From Pseudomonadota bacterium (GTDB lineage Bacteria; Pseudomonadota; Gammaproteobacteria; Burkholderiales; JAJZQI01): a stretch of 64,000 nucleotides of DNA. The position numbers and the translations under genes were made by a program. The stretch covers positions 399 through 64,398 of the forward strand of contig JAJZQI010000005.1 in NCBI GenBank assembly GCA_021851875.1, read 5' to 3'. Positions within the stretch are counted from its first letter, which is position 1, and each line of letters opens with the position of its first letter. Positions 56,308 through 64,000 of this stretch are shown piece after piece. Under the pieces are notes generated by a model. It ran no database searches. It was not told the origin of the DNA and saw only the letters and a list, made by a program, of their open reading frames with translations.

Positions 56308-57456
56308 GTGGTAAAAAAAATAGCGATTGTTGCAGGCGAAGCATCGGGGGATCAGCTTGCCGCACATCTGATAAAAAGTTTGCAGCAGCGCGCACCGGAC
56401 ATTCAATTCTACGGCATTGCCGGCCCCAAAATGCAGGCGGCCGGAGCGCGCAGCTGGTATCCGATGGAAATGCTGTCGGTGATGGGGTATGTCGAGGTTT
56501 TGCAGCGTTACCGGGCTATTGTCCGGATGCGCAAGGAACTGATCCGGCGGCTTAAGGCCGATCCGCCCGACCTGTTTATCGGCGTCGATGCGCCGGACTT
56601 CAATCTGGAAATTGAACGGCAGCTGAAGAGGGCCGGGGTGACGACAGTGCATTATGTCAGCCCGTCAATCTGGGCATGGCGTGCAAAGCGCGTGCACGCC
56701 ATCAAGAAAGCCGTTTCGCTGATTCTGTGCGTATTTCCCTTCGAACCGGATCTGTATAAGCCGCATGGGGTGGCGGCCCGCTATGTCGGCTATCCCCTGG
56801 CGGATTTCCTGCCCCACACGGCCGATCGCAAGCCGGCGCGGGAACAGTTGCGTCTGCCGGCTGACGGTCCTGTGGTCGCTTTCCTGCCCGGCAGCCGCGA
56901 AAGCGAATTGGCGTTTCACGCCGAGTTGTTTATTGCCACCGCCAAGCGCTTGGCGGAGCAGGTGAGCGGTGTCACCATTCTGGTTCCCCTGGCGACGCGC
57001 AAAACGCGAGAAAGCTTTGAAAGCGTATTGCATGGCCTTGAGGCAGCGCAGCTGCCGGTGAAAATCATGTTTGGACATGCGCATGAGGCCATGTCCGCGG
57101 CCGATGTGGTGCTTGCCGCATCGGGAACGGCCACGCTTGAGGCGGCATTGCTCGGCCGTCCCATGGTGATTACCTATAAAGTGTCCAAACTCTCCTGGTG
57201 GCTGATGAATCGTAAGCGCTTGCAGCCTTGGGTGGGCCTGCCCAATATCCTCGCCGGGCGCTTTGTGGTGCCCGAGTTGCTGCAGGACGAGGCGACGCCG
57301 GACTCCTTGTGCGCCGCACTGGTGGATTTGCTGCATGACAAGCAGAAGCGCCTGGATATTGAAGCGGTCTTTGATCAGCTGTACCAGGATCTGCGGAAAA
57401 ACACGACCGTCCAGTTGCAGGATGCCCTTTTGCCGCTGCTGGGAGAGTCCCATTAA
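56308..57456 (+). CDS. lpxB: Lipid-A-disaccharide synthase
   Basis: [19 protein letters not shown] ... typical LpxB. GTG start. Confidence 0.9.
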   Translation: MVKKIAIVAGEASGDQLAAHLIKSLQQRAPDIQFYGIAGPKMQAAGARSWYPMEMLSVMGYVEVLQRYRAIVRMRKELIRRLKADPPDLFIGVDAPDFNLEIERQLKRAGVTTVHYVSPSIWAWRAKRVHAIKKAVSLILCVFPFEPDLYKPHGVAARYVGYPLADFLPHTADRKPAREQLRLPADGPVVAFLPGSRESELAFHAELFIATAKRLAEQVSGVTILVPLATRKTRESFESVLHGLEAAQLPVKIMFGHAHEAMSAADVVLAASGTATLEAALLGRPMVITYKVSKLSWWLMNRKRLQPWVGLPNILAGRFVVPELLQDEATPDSLCAALVDLLHDKQKRLDIEAVFDQLYQDLRKNTTVQLQDALLPLLGESH

Positions 57457-57475
57457 GAGTCAAGCGCTTGAGTAC

Positions 57476-58057
57476 GTGGCCGGTATCTGCGGTGTGGACG
57501 AAGCCGGTAGAGGTCCCTTGGCCGGTGCGGTTTATGCTGCCGCCGTGATGCTTGACCCGCAGCGCCCCATCAGCGGTCTGAATGACTCCAAAAAGCTGAG
57601 CGAAAAAAAACGCGATGTCCTGACTGAAATCATCAAGCGGGAGGCTGTGCATTGGGCGATAGCAAGTGCGACCGTTGAGGAAATTGACCGGCTGAATATC
57701 TTGCAGGCAACTTTCCTGGCGATGCAGCGGGCGGTAAGCGCGCTGGGAGGTGTCCCGCAGGAGGTATGGATCGACGGCAACCGCGCCCCCTTGATGCCGG
57801 TACCGGTGCAGACGGTGATAAAAGGGGACGGCAAGATTGCCGCGATTGCCGCCGCCTCCATACTGGCGAAAACGGCGCGCGATACAGAGATGCAAAAAAT
57901 GCATGAAATGTTTCCCCAGTATGGTTTTGACCGGCATAAAGGGTATCCGACGGCCCAACACATTGCGGCATTGGCGCAATTCGGTGTATCTTCCATACAT
58001 CGAACCAGCTATGCGCCGGTGCAGAAAATTCTGCGGCAACGTGGACTTGAACTATAA
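57476..58057 (+). CDS. rnhB: Ribonuclease HII
   Basis: [23 protein letters not shown] ... DSKKLS. A GTG start at 57476 is inferred. The ORF-track start at 57263 lies inside lpxB. Confidence 0.8.
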   Translation: MAGICGVDEAGRGPLAGAVYAAAVMLDPQRPISGLNDSKKLSEKKRDVLTEIIKREAVHWAIASATVEEIDRLNILQATFLAMQRAVSALGGVPQEVWIDGNRAPLMPVPVQTVIKGDGKIAAIAAASILAKTARDTEMQKMHEMFPQYGFDRHKGYPTAQHIAALAQFGVSSIHRTSYAPVQKILRQRGLEL

Positions 58058-58099
58058 AAACACAAACAAGGCAATAATCAACAACAAGGAAACCGTGGC

Positions 58100-58558
58100 A
58101 TGAACCCCCTGAAGTTCTGGCTGTTTTTTCACCTGATCAGCGTAGTCATCTGGGTCGGCGGCATGTTCTTCGCCTACATGGCGCTGCGTCCCGCCGCTGT
58201 CGAGGTGCTCGAACCTCCGGCCCGCCTATCGCTGTGGGTCGCCGCTTTCCGGCGTTTCTTCCCTTGGGTGTGGGGCGCTGTGATACTGATTCTGCTGTCC
58301 GGTTTCATCATGATCGGACTTATGGGAGGGATGGGGCATGTGCCTTTGCATGTTCACATCATGCTGAGCGTCGGGCTGGCCATGCTGGCGATATTTGCGC
58401 ATGTTTTCTTCGCGCCATACCAGCGTCTGCGTCGTGCGGTGGCGGTGCAGGATTGGTCGGTCGGCGGCAAGGCTTTGGCACAGATCAGAATGCTGATCGG
58501 TATTAATCTGTCGCTCGGCTTGCTCAATGTGGCAATCGCAATATTGGGAGCGCTGTGA
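58100..58558 (+). CDS. Small four-TM integral membrane protein (CopD/HemJ-like superfamily, function unknown)
   Basis: 152 aa, four hydrophobic segments, conserved His in TM1 (FFHLISVVIWVGGMFF). Confidence 0.4.
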   Translation: MNPLKFWLFFHLISVVIWVGGMFFAYMALRPAAVEVLEPPARLSLWVAAFRRFFPWVWGAVILILLSGFIMIGLMGGMGHVPLHVHIMLSVGLAMLAIFAHVFFAPYQRLRRAVAVQDWSVGGKALAQIRMLIGINLSLGLLNVAIAILGAL

Positions 58559-58601
58559 CTATGAGCATGTCTGTTTCGGTTTCTCGACGGGAGATTGAGC
58601 G

Positions 58602-59462
58602 ATGACCGTCATCGTCGGCTGGCTGGTTGTTCTGGGAGCGGTTTTCGGTGGTTATGCGCTGGCCGGCGGGCATTTGGCAGCGTTGTTTCAACCACTGGAG
58701 CTGCTGATGATTGGCGGGGCTGCGGCAGGAGCGTTTTTTGTCGGCAATACACCCAAGGCGATTAAAGCGACTTTCAAGGCTGCGCCCGCTGTTTTCAAGG
58801 GTTCCAAGCTCAACAAGGCGGCCTATATGGATTTGCTGGCCTTGTTGTTTGAAATTCTTTCAAAGGTACGTAAAGAGGGCTTGATGTCGATCGAAGCGGA
58901 TGTCGAAACACCTGAATCCAGCCCAATTTTTTCCAAATATCCAAGTATTGTGTCCGATCATCACGTGCTTGATTTTATCGCTGATTACCTGCGCATGATG
59001 GTAGGTGGCAATCTCAATGCCTTTGAAATCGAGGCGCTGATGGATCAGGAAATCGAGACACACCATAAAGAAAGCGAAGTGGCTCCTGGTGTGATTGCCA
59101 AGGTTGCCGACGCAATGCCGGCATTCGGTATCGTGGCCGCTGTGATGGGGGTTGTCCACACCATGGAATCGCTCGATAAACCACCCAATGAACTGGGTAT
59201 TCTGATCGCCCATGCGCTGGTGGGTACCTTCTTGGGTATTTTGCTGTCCTATGGTTTTGTGGCGCCGATTGCCAGTGCACTGGAACACAAGAACCATGAA
59301 GAGAGCAAAATTTATGAAGTCATCAAGGTGACGCTGCTGGCCAGCCTGAACGGATATGCGCCGCAGGTTGCCGTTGAGTTTGGGCGCAAGGTGCTGTTTT
59401 CAACGGATCGTCCGTCGTTCCTCGAACTTGAGGAAGATATCAAGTCGCGTAAAGGCAAGTGA
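58602..59462 (+). CDS. motA: Flagellar motor stator protein MotA
   Basis: 286 aa. Typical MotA N-terminus and C-terminal TM pair (AMPAFGIVAAVMGV...ALVGTFLGILLSYGF). Confidence 0.85.
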   Translation: MTVIVGWLVVLGAVFGGYALAGGHLAALFQPLELLMIGGAAAGAFFVGNTPKAIKATFKAAPAVFKGSKLNKAAYMDLLALLFEILSKVRKEGLMSIEADVETPESSPIFSKYPSIVSDHHVLDFIADYLRMMVGGNLNAFEIEALMDQEIETHHKESEVAPGVIAKVADAMPAFGIVAAVMGVVHTMESLDKPPNELGILIAHALVGTFLGILLSYGFVAPIASALEHKNHEESKIYEVIKVTLLASLNGYAPQVAVEFGRKVLFSTDRPSFLELEEDIKSRKGK

Positions 59463-59488
59463 GTTGAGCATATGCGTGGACAGCCGAG

Positions 59489-60484
59489 ATGAGTGATGAT
59501 TCCCAGCGCCCTATAATAGTCAAAAAGGTCAAGAAAAGCGCGCATGGTCACCATGGTGGCGCATGGAAGATCGCCTACGCCGATTTTGTGACGGCCATGA
59601 TGGCGTTTTTTCTGCTGATGTGGTTGCTGGGTTCGACCACCAAAGCGCAGCAGGAAGGCATTGCCGATTACTTCAAAACTCCCCTGAAAATTGCCCTGAG
59701 CGGTGGCAGCGGCGCAGGCGATGCGACCAGCATGATCAAGGGGGGCGGGGAAGACCTGTCGCGCAAAGCGGGGCAGGTCAAGAAAGGCAGCGAGCCGCAA
59801 GTGGTGAAGCAGCCGCAGGAAACCAGCGTCAAGCCGATTGCCGCCCCCATGCAGGAAACATCCAAAGCGGACAAGGCCAAGGATGAGATCATCGAAAAGG
59901 AAAAACTGCAAAACCTGAAGAGCAGGCTGGAAAAAATGATCGACCTGAATCCCTTGCTCAAGCAGTTCAAGAATCAATTGATGCTGGACATTACTAATGA
60001 GGGCTTGCGCATCCAGATCGTCGACGATAAAAACCGTCCCATGTTCGATAGCGGCAAGGCCGAGCTGAAACCCTATACTCGGGTCATTCTGCGCGAAATC
60101 GCCAAAGTGCTGAATGAGGTGCCCAACCGTATCAGCTTGTCGGGCCATACCGATGCCACCCCATTTGGCGCGCCGGGTTCCAACTACACTAACTGGGAAT
60201 TGTCCGCCGACCGCGCCAATGCATCACGCAGAGAACTCATCAACGCAGGCATGCAGTCGGAGAAAATGCTGCGCGTGGTAGGGCTGGCATCGGCCGTGCC
60301 GTTTGATGCCGCCAATCCATTCAACCCTGTTAACCGTCGTATCAGCATTATTGTATTGAACAAACACACTGAAGAAGCTATCACCAAATCGAGTGGCAAA
60401 GATGCTGCCGCGAATGGTGAGGAAAAGCCTGCCGACAGCACGGCTGGCAATGAAAAGCCTAAGGAGTTGCCAGCAACAAAATGA
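59489..60484 (+). CDS. motB: Flagellar motor protein MotB (OmpA-like C-terminal domain)
   Basis: HHGGAWKIAYADFVTAMMAFFLLMWLL plug/TM with the conserved Asp. OmpA-like LSGHTDATPF...NWELSADRANASRREL. Confidence 0.85.
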   Translation: MSDDSQRPIIVKKVKKSAHGHHGGAWKIAYADFVTAMMAFFLLMWLLGSTTKAQQEGIADYFKTPLKIALSGGSGAGDATSMIKGGGEDLSRKAGQVKKGSEPQVVKQPQETSVKPIAAPMQETSKADKAKDEIIEKEKLQNLKSRLEKMIDLNPLLKQFKNQLMLDITNEGLRIQIVDDKNRPMFDSGKAELKPYTRVILREIAKVLNEVPNRISLSGHTDATPFGAPGSNYTNWELSADRANASRRELINAGMQSEKMLRVVGLASAVPFDAANPFNPVNRRISIIVLNKHTEEAITKSSGKDAAANGEEKPADSTAGNEKPKELPATK

Positions 60485-60548
60485 CGATGGGTGAGGTTTC
60501 TTGCCCGTCCCTCATGAGTTGGCACTTGAAATATAGGTTGGAGGCTGG

Positions 60549-61316
60549 ATGAGTCTTGGAGCGCCGTTATCGTGCCGTTATGTGAAGGCCCCCGTGGTTC
60601 AGGCCATGTTGCAACAGCTTGTATCTGTTGGTCTGGCTGTCCTCATCGCCTATTTTTTTTCGTTCTCGCTTGGGTTGACTCTGATTCTGGCTGCATTACT
60701 TGCAGCTATGCTCTCGTGGTACTCTAACCTGCCGCGCTGGTGGGTCCCTTTTCAGTTGGCTTTCTGGCCAGCTTTGGTGTTTCTGCATTATCTGTCGCTT
60801 CCCTCGGCTGTTTACCTGATTGCTCTGGTTGCCCTATTGGCAGTATATGGCGGCGTCGTGTTCAGCGGTGTGCCGCTGTTTTTAAGCAGCGACAAGGCTA
60901 CTTCGGTCGTGGCCCAGCTGCTGCCGTCAGACCGTGATTTCCGCTTTCTCGACGTGGGCGCGGGCACCGGCGGTTTGCTGTCGCAGCTTGATCGGCAGTT
61001 CCGCTTCGGCTTGTTTGAAGGAGTGGAGCGCGCTCCTCTGCCGTTCGCCATCAGCTGGATGCGCTCAAAACTTCAGGGCGCGCAGTTCCGGGTTCGCTTT
61101 GAGAACTTGTGGCAGACGGATTTAAGCCGCTACGATGTCGTTTATGCCTATTTGTCGCCGACCCCCATGCTGCGACTGTGGGACAAGGTCCAGCATGAGA
61201 TGCGTCCGGGCAGCCTGTTCATTTCCAATACCTTCGAAGTGCCCGGCAAAACACCGGATCAGTCCATCGAGTTACACGATTTGAGCCGTTCAACACTCCA
61301 CATCTGGCGTCTGTAG
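60549..61316 (+). CDS. Membrane-anchored class I SAM-dependent methyltransferase (start uncertain)
   Basis: N-terminal TM segments, then motif I FLDVGAGTGGLL. Confidence 0.55.
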   Translation: MSLGAPLSCRYVKAPVVQAMLQQLVSVGLAVLIAYFFSFSLGLTLILAALLAAMLSWYSNLPRWWVPFQLAFWPALVFLHYLSLPSAVYLIALVALLAVYGGVVFSGVPLFLSSDKATSVVAQLLPSDRDFRFLDVGAGTGGLLSQLDRQFRFGLFEGVERAPLPFAISWMRSKLQGAQFRVRFENLWQTDLSRYDVVYAYLSPTPMLRLWDKVQHEMRPGSLFISNTFEVPGKTPDQSIELHDLSRSTLHIWRL

Positions 61317-61323
61317 GTGAGAT

Positions 61324-62808
61324 ATGGCCAAAGAATTCAAACCTTGGATTGATGCAATGCTCGTCCACCCGCTGCCGATCCTGCGCAAAAGCCGGGAGGA
61401 GATGGCCAGACTGTCGCGGCAGGGGGCGCGCGTGAAAAACGATGAGATTGCGGCGATGGCCTATCACGATCCGCTGCTGACCTGCGCCGTGTTGCAGCGC
61501 GTCAACCGCACGCCTCGCCGCGGCTTGAGCAGCGAAGTCACCACGGTTGATCACGCGGTCATGATGATGGGGGTGATGCCTTTTTTCGAGTGGGTGCGGA
61601 CGCTCCCCGTACTGGAAGAGCGGGTACCGGCTGACGAACGTGTCTGGCAAGGCTTGCGTCAAACCATGGCGCGTTCCTACCATGCGGCCAATCAGGCATT
61701 TGACTGGGCAGTTCTGCGCAACGACGCCAAAGCCGACGAGGTGTTTATCGCCGCTTTGCTCGATGCTCTGCCGGAATTGTGCTTATGGCTGGCAGGGGGG
61801 GGCGATATGCGTGCCATCCGCCGAATCATGCAGCGCCAGCAGCTTGATTTTACCCAGGCATTCGCCCGGTACACAGACTATTCGCTGCAGGATTTCGCCG
61901 TTGCTTTGTCGCAGGCGTTAAAACTGCCCGACCTGTATGTGGAATTCTCCAGCGGGAAAAATGTTGCCCGCTCGCGCGGAATCGAAGTGGCTTATGCGGC
62001 CGAGTTGGCGCGTAAAGCGGAGCAGGGCTGGTGGGACGAGTCCTGGCCGACGTTTGTTGCGCAAGTCAGCGATTTGCTTCGCCACCCCCTGGCCGACCTG
62101 GCCAGTCGCATAGACCGGACGATGGCGCATGCCGCCGACAAATGGGCCTGGTACGGCGTGCCGCCGGCGGCGGCCTGGTTGCCGATGCTGCCCGGCGCGT
62201 GGCCGATCGAACCGGACGAGGCGGAGCCCGCCGCTCAACACCCCGTGCCGGAGGAAACTGTCTGTCTGATGCCGCATCCGGACATGCTGAAAAAAACCAT
62301 TGCGGACATTTCGGCACATCTGGACGGCAGCTACAACCTGAGCCAATTGATGGCGCGCGTCATGGTGGGCATGCATGAAGGTCTGGCACTCGATCGAGTG
62401 GTGTTTGCGCTGGTCAGCAATGACCGTACTCAGGTGAAAGCGCGCTTTGTCCGCGGGGTTGAGGAAAATACGCCGTTGCACACATTGCACTTCAGTCTGG
62501 CCGAGTCGCATTTGTTCACGCGTCTGATGGGGAAGATGCAGGGTATTTGGCTGCAGCAATCCAATTGGGATAAATTTGCACCGCTGATGACGCAAGAGCT
62601 TTTCCGCCAGGTAGGCGAAGGCGAATTTTTTGCCATGTCGGTCTTTGTGCACGACAAACCGCTGGGGTTTTTCTATGCCGACCGCCGCCACAACGGCTGC
62701 GAGCTGGACGACCACAGCTACACAGGGTTCAAGCAACTTTGTCTGAAGACGGCCGAAGGGCTGGCGCACTTGTCGAAAAAGCCGCATGAATCGGGAAACA
62801 TGAAGTAA
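61324..62808 (+). CDS. HDOD-domain signalling protein with C-terminal GAF-like domain
   Basis: The HDOD-like N-terminal half has YHDPLLTCAVLQRVN. The C-terminal 170 aa resemble a GAF fold. Confidence 0.6.
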   Translation: MAKEFKPWIDAMLVHPLPILRKSREEMARLSRQGARVKNDEIAAMAYHDPLLTCAVLQRVNRTPRRGLSSEVTTVDHAVMMMGVMPFFEWVRTLPVLEERVPADERVWQGLRQTMARSYHAANQAFDWAVLRNDAKADEVFIAALLDALPELCLWLAGGGDMRAIRRIMQRQQLDFTQAFARYTDYSLQDFAVALSQALKLPDLYVEFSSGKNVARSRGIEVAYAAELARKAEQGWWDESWPTFVAQVSDLLRHPLADLASRIDRTMAHAADKWAWYGVPPAAAWLPMLPGAWPIEPDEAEPAAQHPVPEETVCLMPHPDMLKKTIADISAHLDGSYNLSQLMARVMVGMHEGLALDRVVFALVSNDRTQVKARFVRGVEENTPLHTLHFSLAESHLFTRLMGKMQGIWLQQSNWDKFAPLMTQELFRQVGEGEFFAMSVFVHDKPLGFFYADRRHNGCELDDHSYTGFKQLCLKTAEGLAHLSKKPHESGNMK

Positions 62809-63617
62809 TGGATGTCATTGTTTCATCCGCCAATGCACTGTACAAACAGTTGCATAAGCTGACGGAATCGGCGAGGGAGCGTCGCCAGCAGGGAGTGGCC
62901 TGGCTGGACGGGGAACATCTGCTGGAAATGGCCCTGCAGGCGGAATTTTCCATTGAGCGCTTGCTGCTGGCTGAAAATGCGTTCGATGGATTGGGATCTC
63001 GCTGGCGAGAGCGTCTTCCCGCAGTGCCGGCCAACTGTTTCAGCGACAGCTTGTTTCGGCAACTGGCGCCAGTGGAAACCCCTAGCGGAATAGCGGCCCT
63101 GGTGCGGATCGACCCATCACATGAAATTCAGGGGCGCGATTTCTGGGTGTTGCTGGAAAACCTGCAGGACCCCGGTAATCTCGGCACGATTCTGCGTACG
63201 GCGGCGGCTGCCGGGGTTACCGACGTATGGCTGTCGCGCGGCTGTGTTGACGCCTGGTCGCCGAAGGTGTTGCGGGCCGGCATGGGGGCGCATTTTCTGC
63301 TGACGCTTCACGCCGGCGTCGAGCTGCCCCAGGTTATACGGCAATTCCCGGGCAAGACGCTGGCCGCTACGCTCGACGGCAGCGACGACCTGTTCGCGGC
63401 GGATTTGACCGGCCCCTGCGCCTTTGTGTTCGGCAACGAGGGAGCCGGCCTTACGGCTGAGTTGAGCGGTTTGGCAAAATGGCGCGTTCGCATTCCCATG
63501 CCGGGCAAAATGGAATCGCTCAATGCCGCTGCCGCCGCAGCGATCTGCTTGTATGAGCATGTCAGGCAGGATGCGCTGGCAAAGACGGAACATTCACTTT
63601 CTGGCCTGTCGAAGTAA
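62808..63617 (+). CDS. TrmH/SpoU-family RNA 2'-O-methyltransferase
   Basis: LENLQDPGNLGTILRTAAAAGV ... FGNEGAGL ... IPMPGKMESLNAAAAAAICLYE. Confidence 0.8.
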   Translation: MDVIVSSANALYKQLHKLTESARERRQQGVAWLDGEHLLEMALQAEFSIERLLLAENAFDGLGSRWRERLPAVPANCFSDSLFRQLAPVETPSGIAALVRIDPSHEIQGRDFWVLLENLQDPGNLGTILRTAAAAGVTDVWLSRGCVDAWSPKVLRAGMGAHFLLTLHAGVELPQVIRQFPGKTLAATLDGSDDLFAADLTGPCAFVFGNEGAGLTAELSGLAKWRVRIPMPGKMESLNAAAAAAICLYEHVRQDALAKTEHSLSGLSK

Positions 63618-63645
63618 GGGCGCCAGCACAACGAAAGAGCGCGTC

Positions 63646-64000
63646 ATGCACTTTATCAAGACATTTTCCCAAATCGGCATGGCCGATGTACCCAGCGTGG
63701 GCGGCAAGAATGCTTCGCTGGGTGAAATGTTCAACCATTTGAGTCAGGCCGGAGTGGCGGTGCCGGATGGTTTTGCCACGACGGCAGAGGCTTTCCGGGA
63801 ATTTTTGCGCCACAACGGCCTGACGGAAAAAATATCCGCTGCGCTCGATTCGCTCGATGTGCGGGATGTGCAAGCCCTGGCGGAAACAGGCAAAGCCATT
63901 CGTGACTGGGTCATGCAGGGCGCATTCCAGCCGGAGTTCGAGGCGGAAATTCTGACTGCCTATACAATGCTCTCCGGCGAATGCGCCAGTGGAGTTCCCG
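63646..64000 (+). CDS. ppsA: Phosphoenolpyruvate synthase, N-terminal part (continues beyond window)
   Basis: MHFIKTFSQIGMADVPSVGGKNASLGEMFNHLSQAGVAVPDGFATTAEAFREFL is the canonical PpsA N-terminus. Confidence 0.85.
   Translation, partial: MHFIKTFSQIGMADVPSVGGKNASLGEMFNHLSQAGVAVPDGFATTAEAFREFLRHNGLTEKISAALDSLDVRDVQALAETGKAIRDWVMQGAFQPEFEAEILTAYTMLSGECASGVP

Noticed and set aside
57263-57475. Long upstream start for rnhB overlapping lpxB by about 190 nt
   Set aside because: The RNase HII conserved N-terminus ([10 protein letters not shown]) begins right after 57476. The extension lies inside lpxB in another frame.

Overview
The window joins two compositionally different parts.

**Mobile, more GC-rich part (about 1-25.3 kb, GC judged by eye)**
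- It looks like a segment of an integrative conjugative element (ICE) or conjugative island with a Tn4371-family-like maintenance and DNA-processing backbone. All backbone genes are on the minus strand: DUF3363-type relaxase, TraF S26 peptidase, DUF2840, RHH protein, ParA, RepA, AlpA-like HTH, DUF2285, two DUF2958 paralogs, DUF736, a large ParB-like protein and RadC.
- Cargo on the left: a CadC-like ArsR regulator with the start of a heavy-metal P-type ATPase, a HemP + FtrABCD-type iron-uptake operon with an embedded OprB-like porin, and a decayed IS1380-like transposase fragment.
- Cargo on the right: a tight four-gene minus-strand block combining an AbiEi/AbiEii toxin-antitoxin pair with a Gabija-like pair (OLD-family ATPase/TOPRIM nuclease + UvrD-like helicase).
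- No integrase and no T4SS/coupling-protein genes are visible in the window. The element runs off the left edge.

**Chromosomal part (about 25.3-64 kb)**
- It is ordinary proteobacterial chromosome, probably betaproteobacterial (weak inference from gene order).
- It carries ppc, a giant DUF2126 transglutaminase-like protein, tRNA-Ser(CGA), a GGDEF-EAL protein and a DinG/YoaA helicase.
- It also carries tsaB-rimI-udg, a LemA-TPM-TPM triad and the conserved rpsB-tsf-pyrH-frr-uppS-cdsA-dxr-rseP-bamA-skp-lpxD-fabZ-lpxA-lpxB-rnhB cluster.
- It ends with motAB, an HDOD-GAF protein, a TrmH-family methyltransferase and the start of ppsA.

**Signals most worth a second look**
1. A roughly 150-230 nt conserved element sits directly in front of the ribosome-binding sites of both radC and one DUF2958 gene, with a possible degenerate third copy before the parB-like gene. 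This is a candidate radC-type structured leader or single-strand promoter.
2. The AbiE and Gabija genes form one apparent operon at the island edge.
3. A 57-bp duplication of the tRNA-Ser 3' end plus its terminator brackets only 122 bp, which looks like an att scar.
4. A porin gene is embedded in the ICE-borne ftr operon.
5. There are repeat arrays consistent with a partition site and with AbiEi operators.

I saw no CRISPR array or rRNA. All functional calls come from reading the translated ORFs for motifs and family resemblance. No database search was run.
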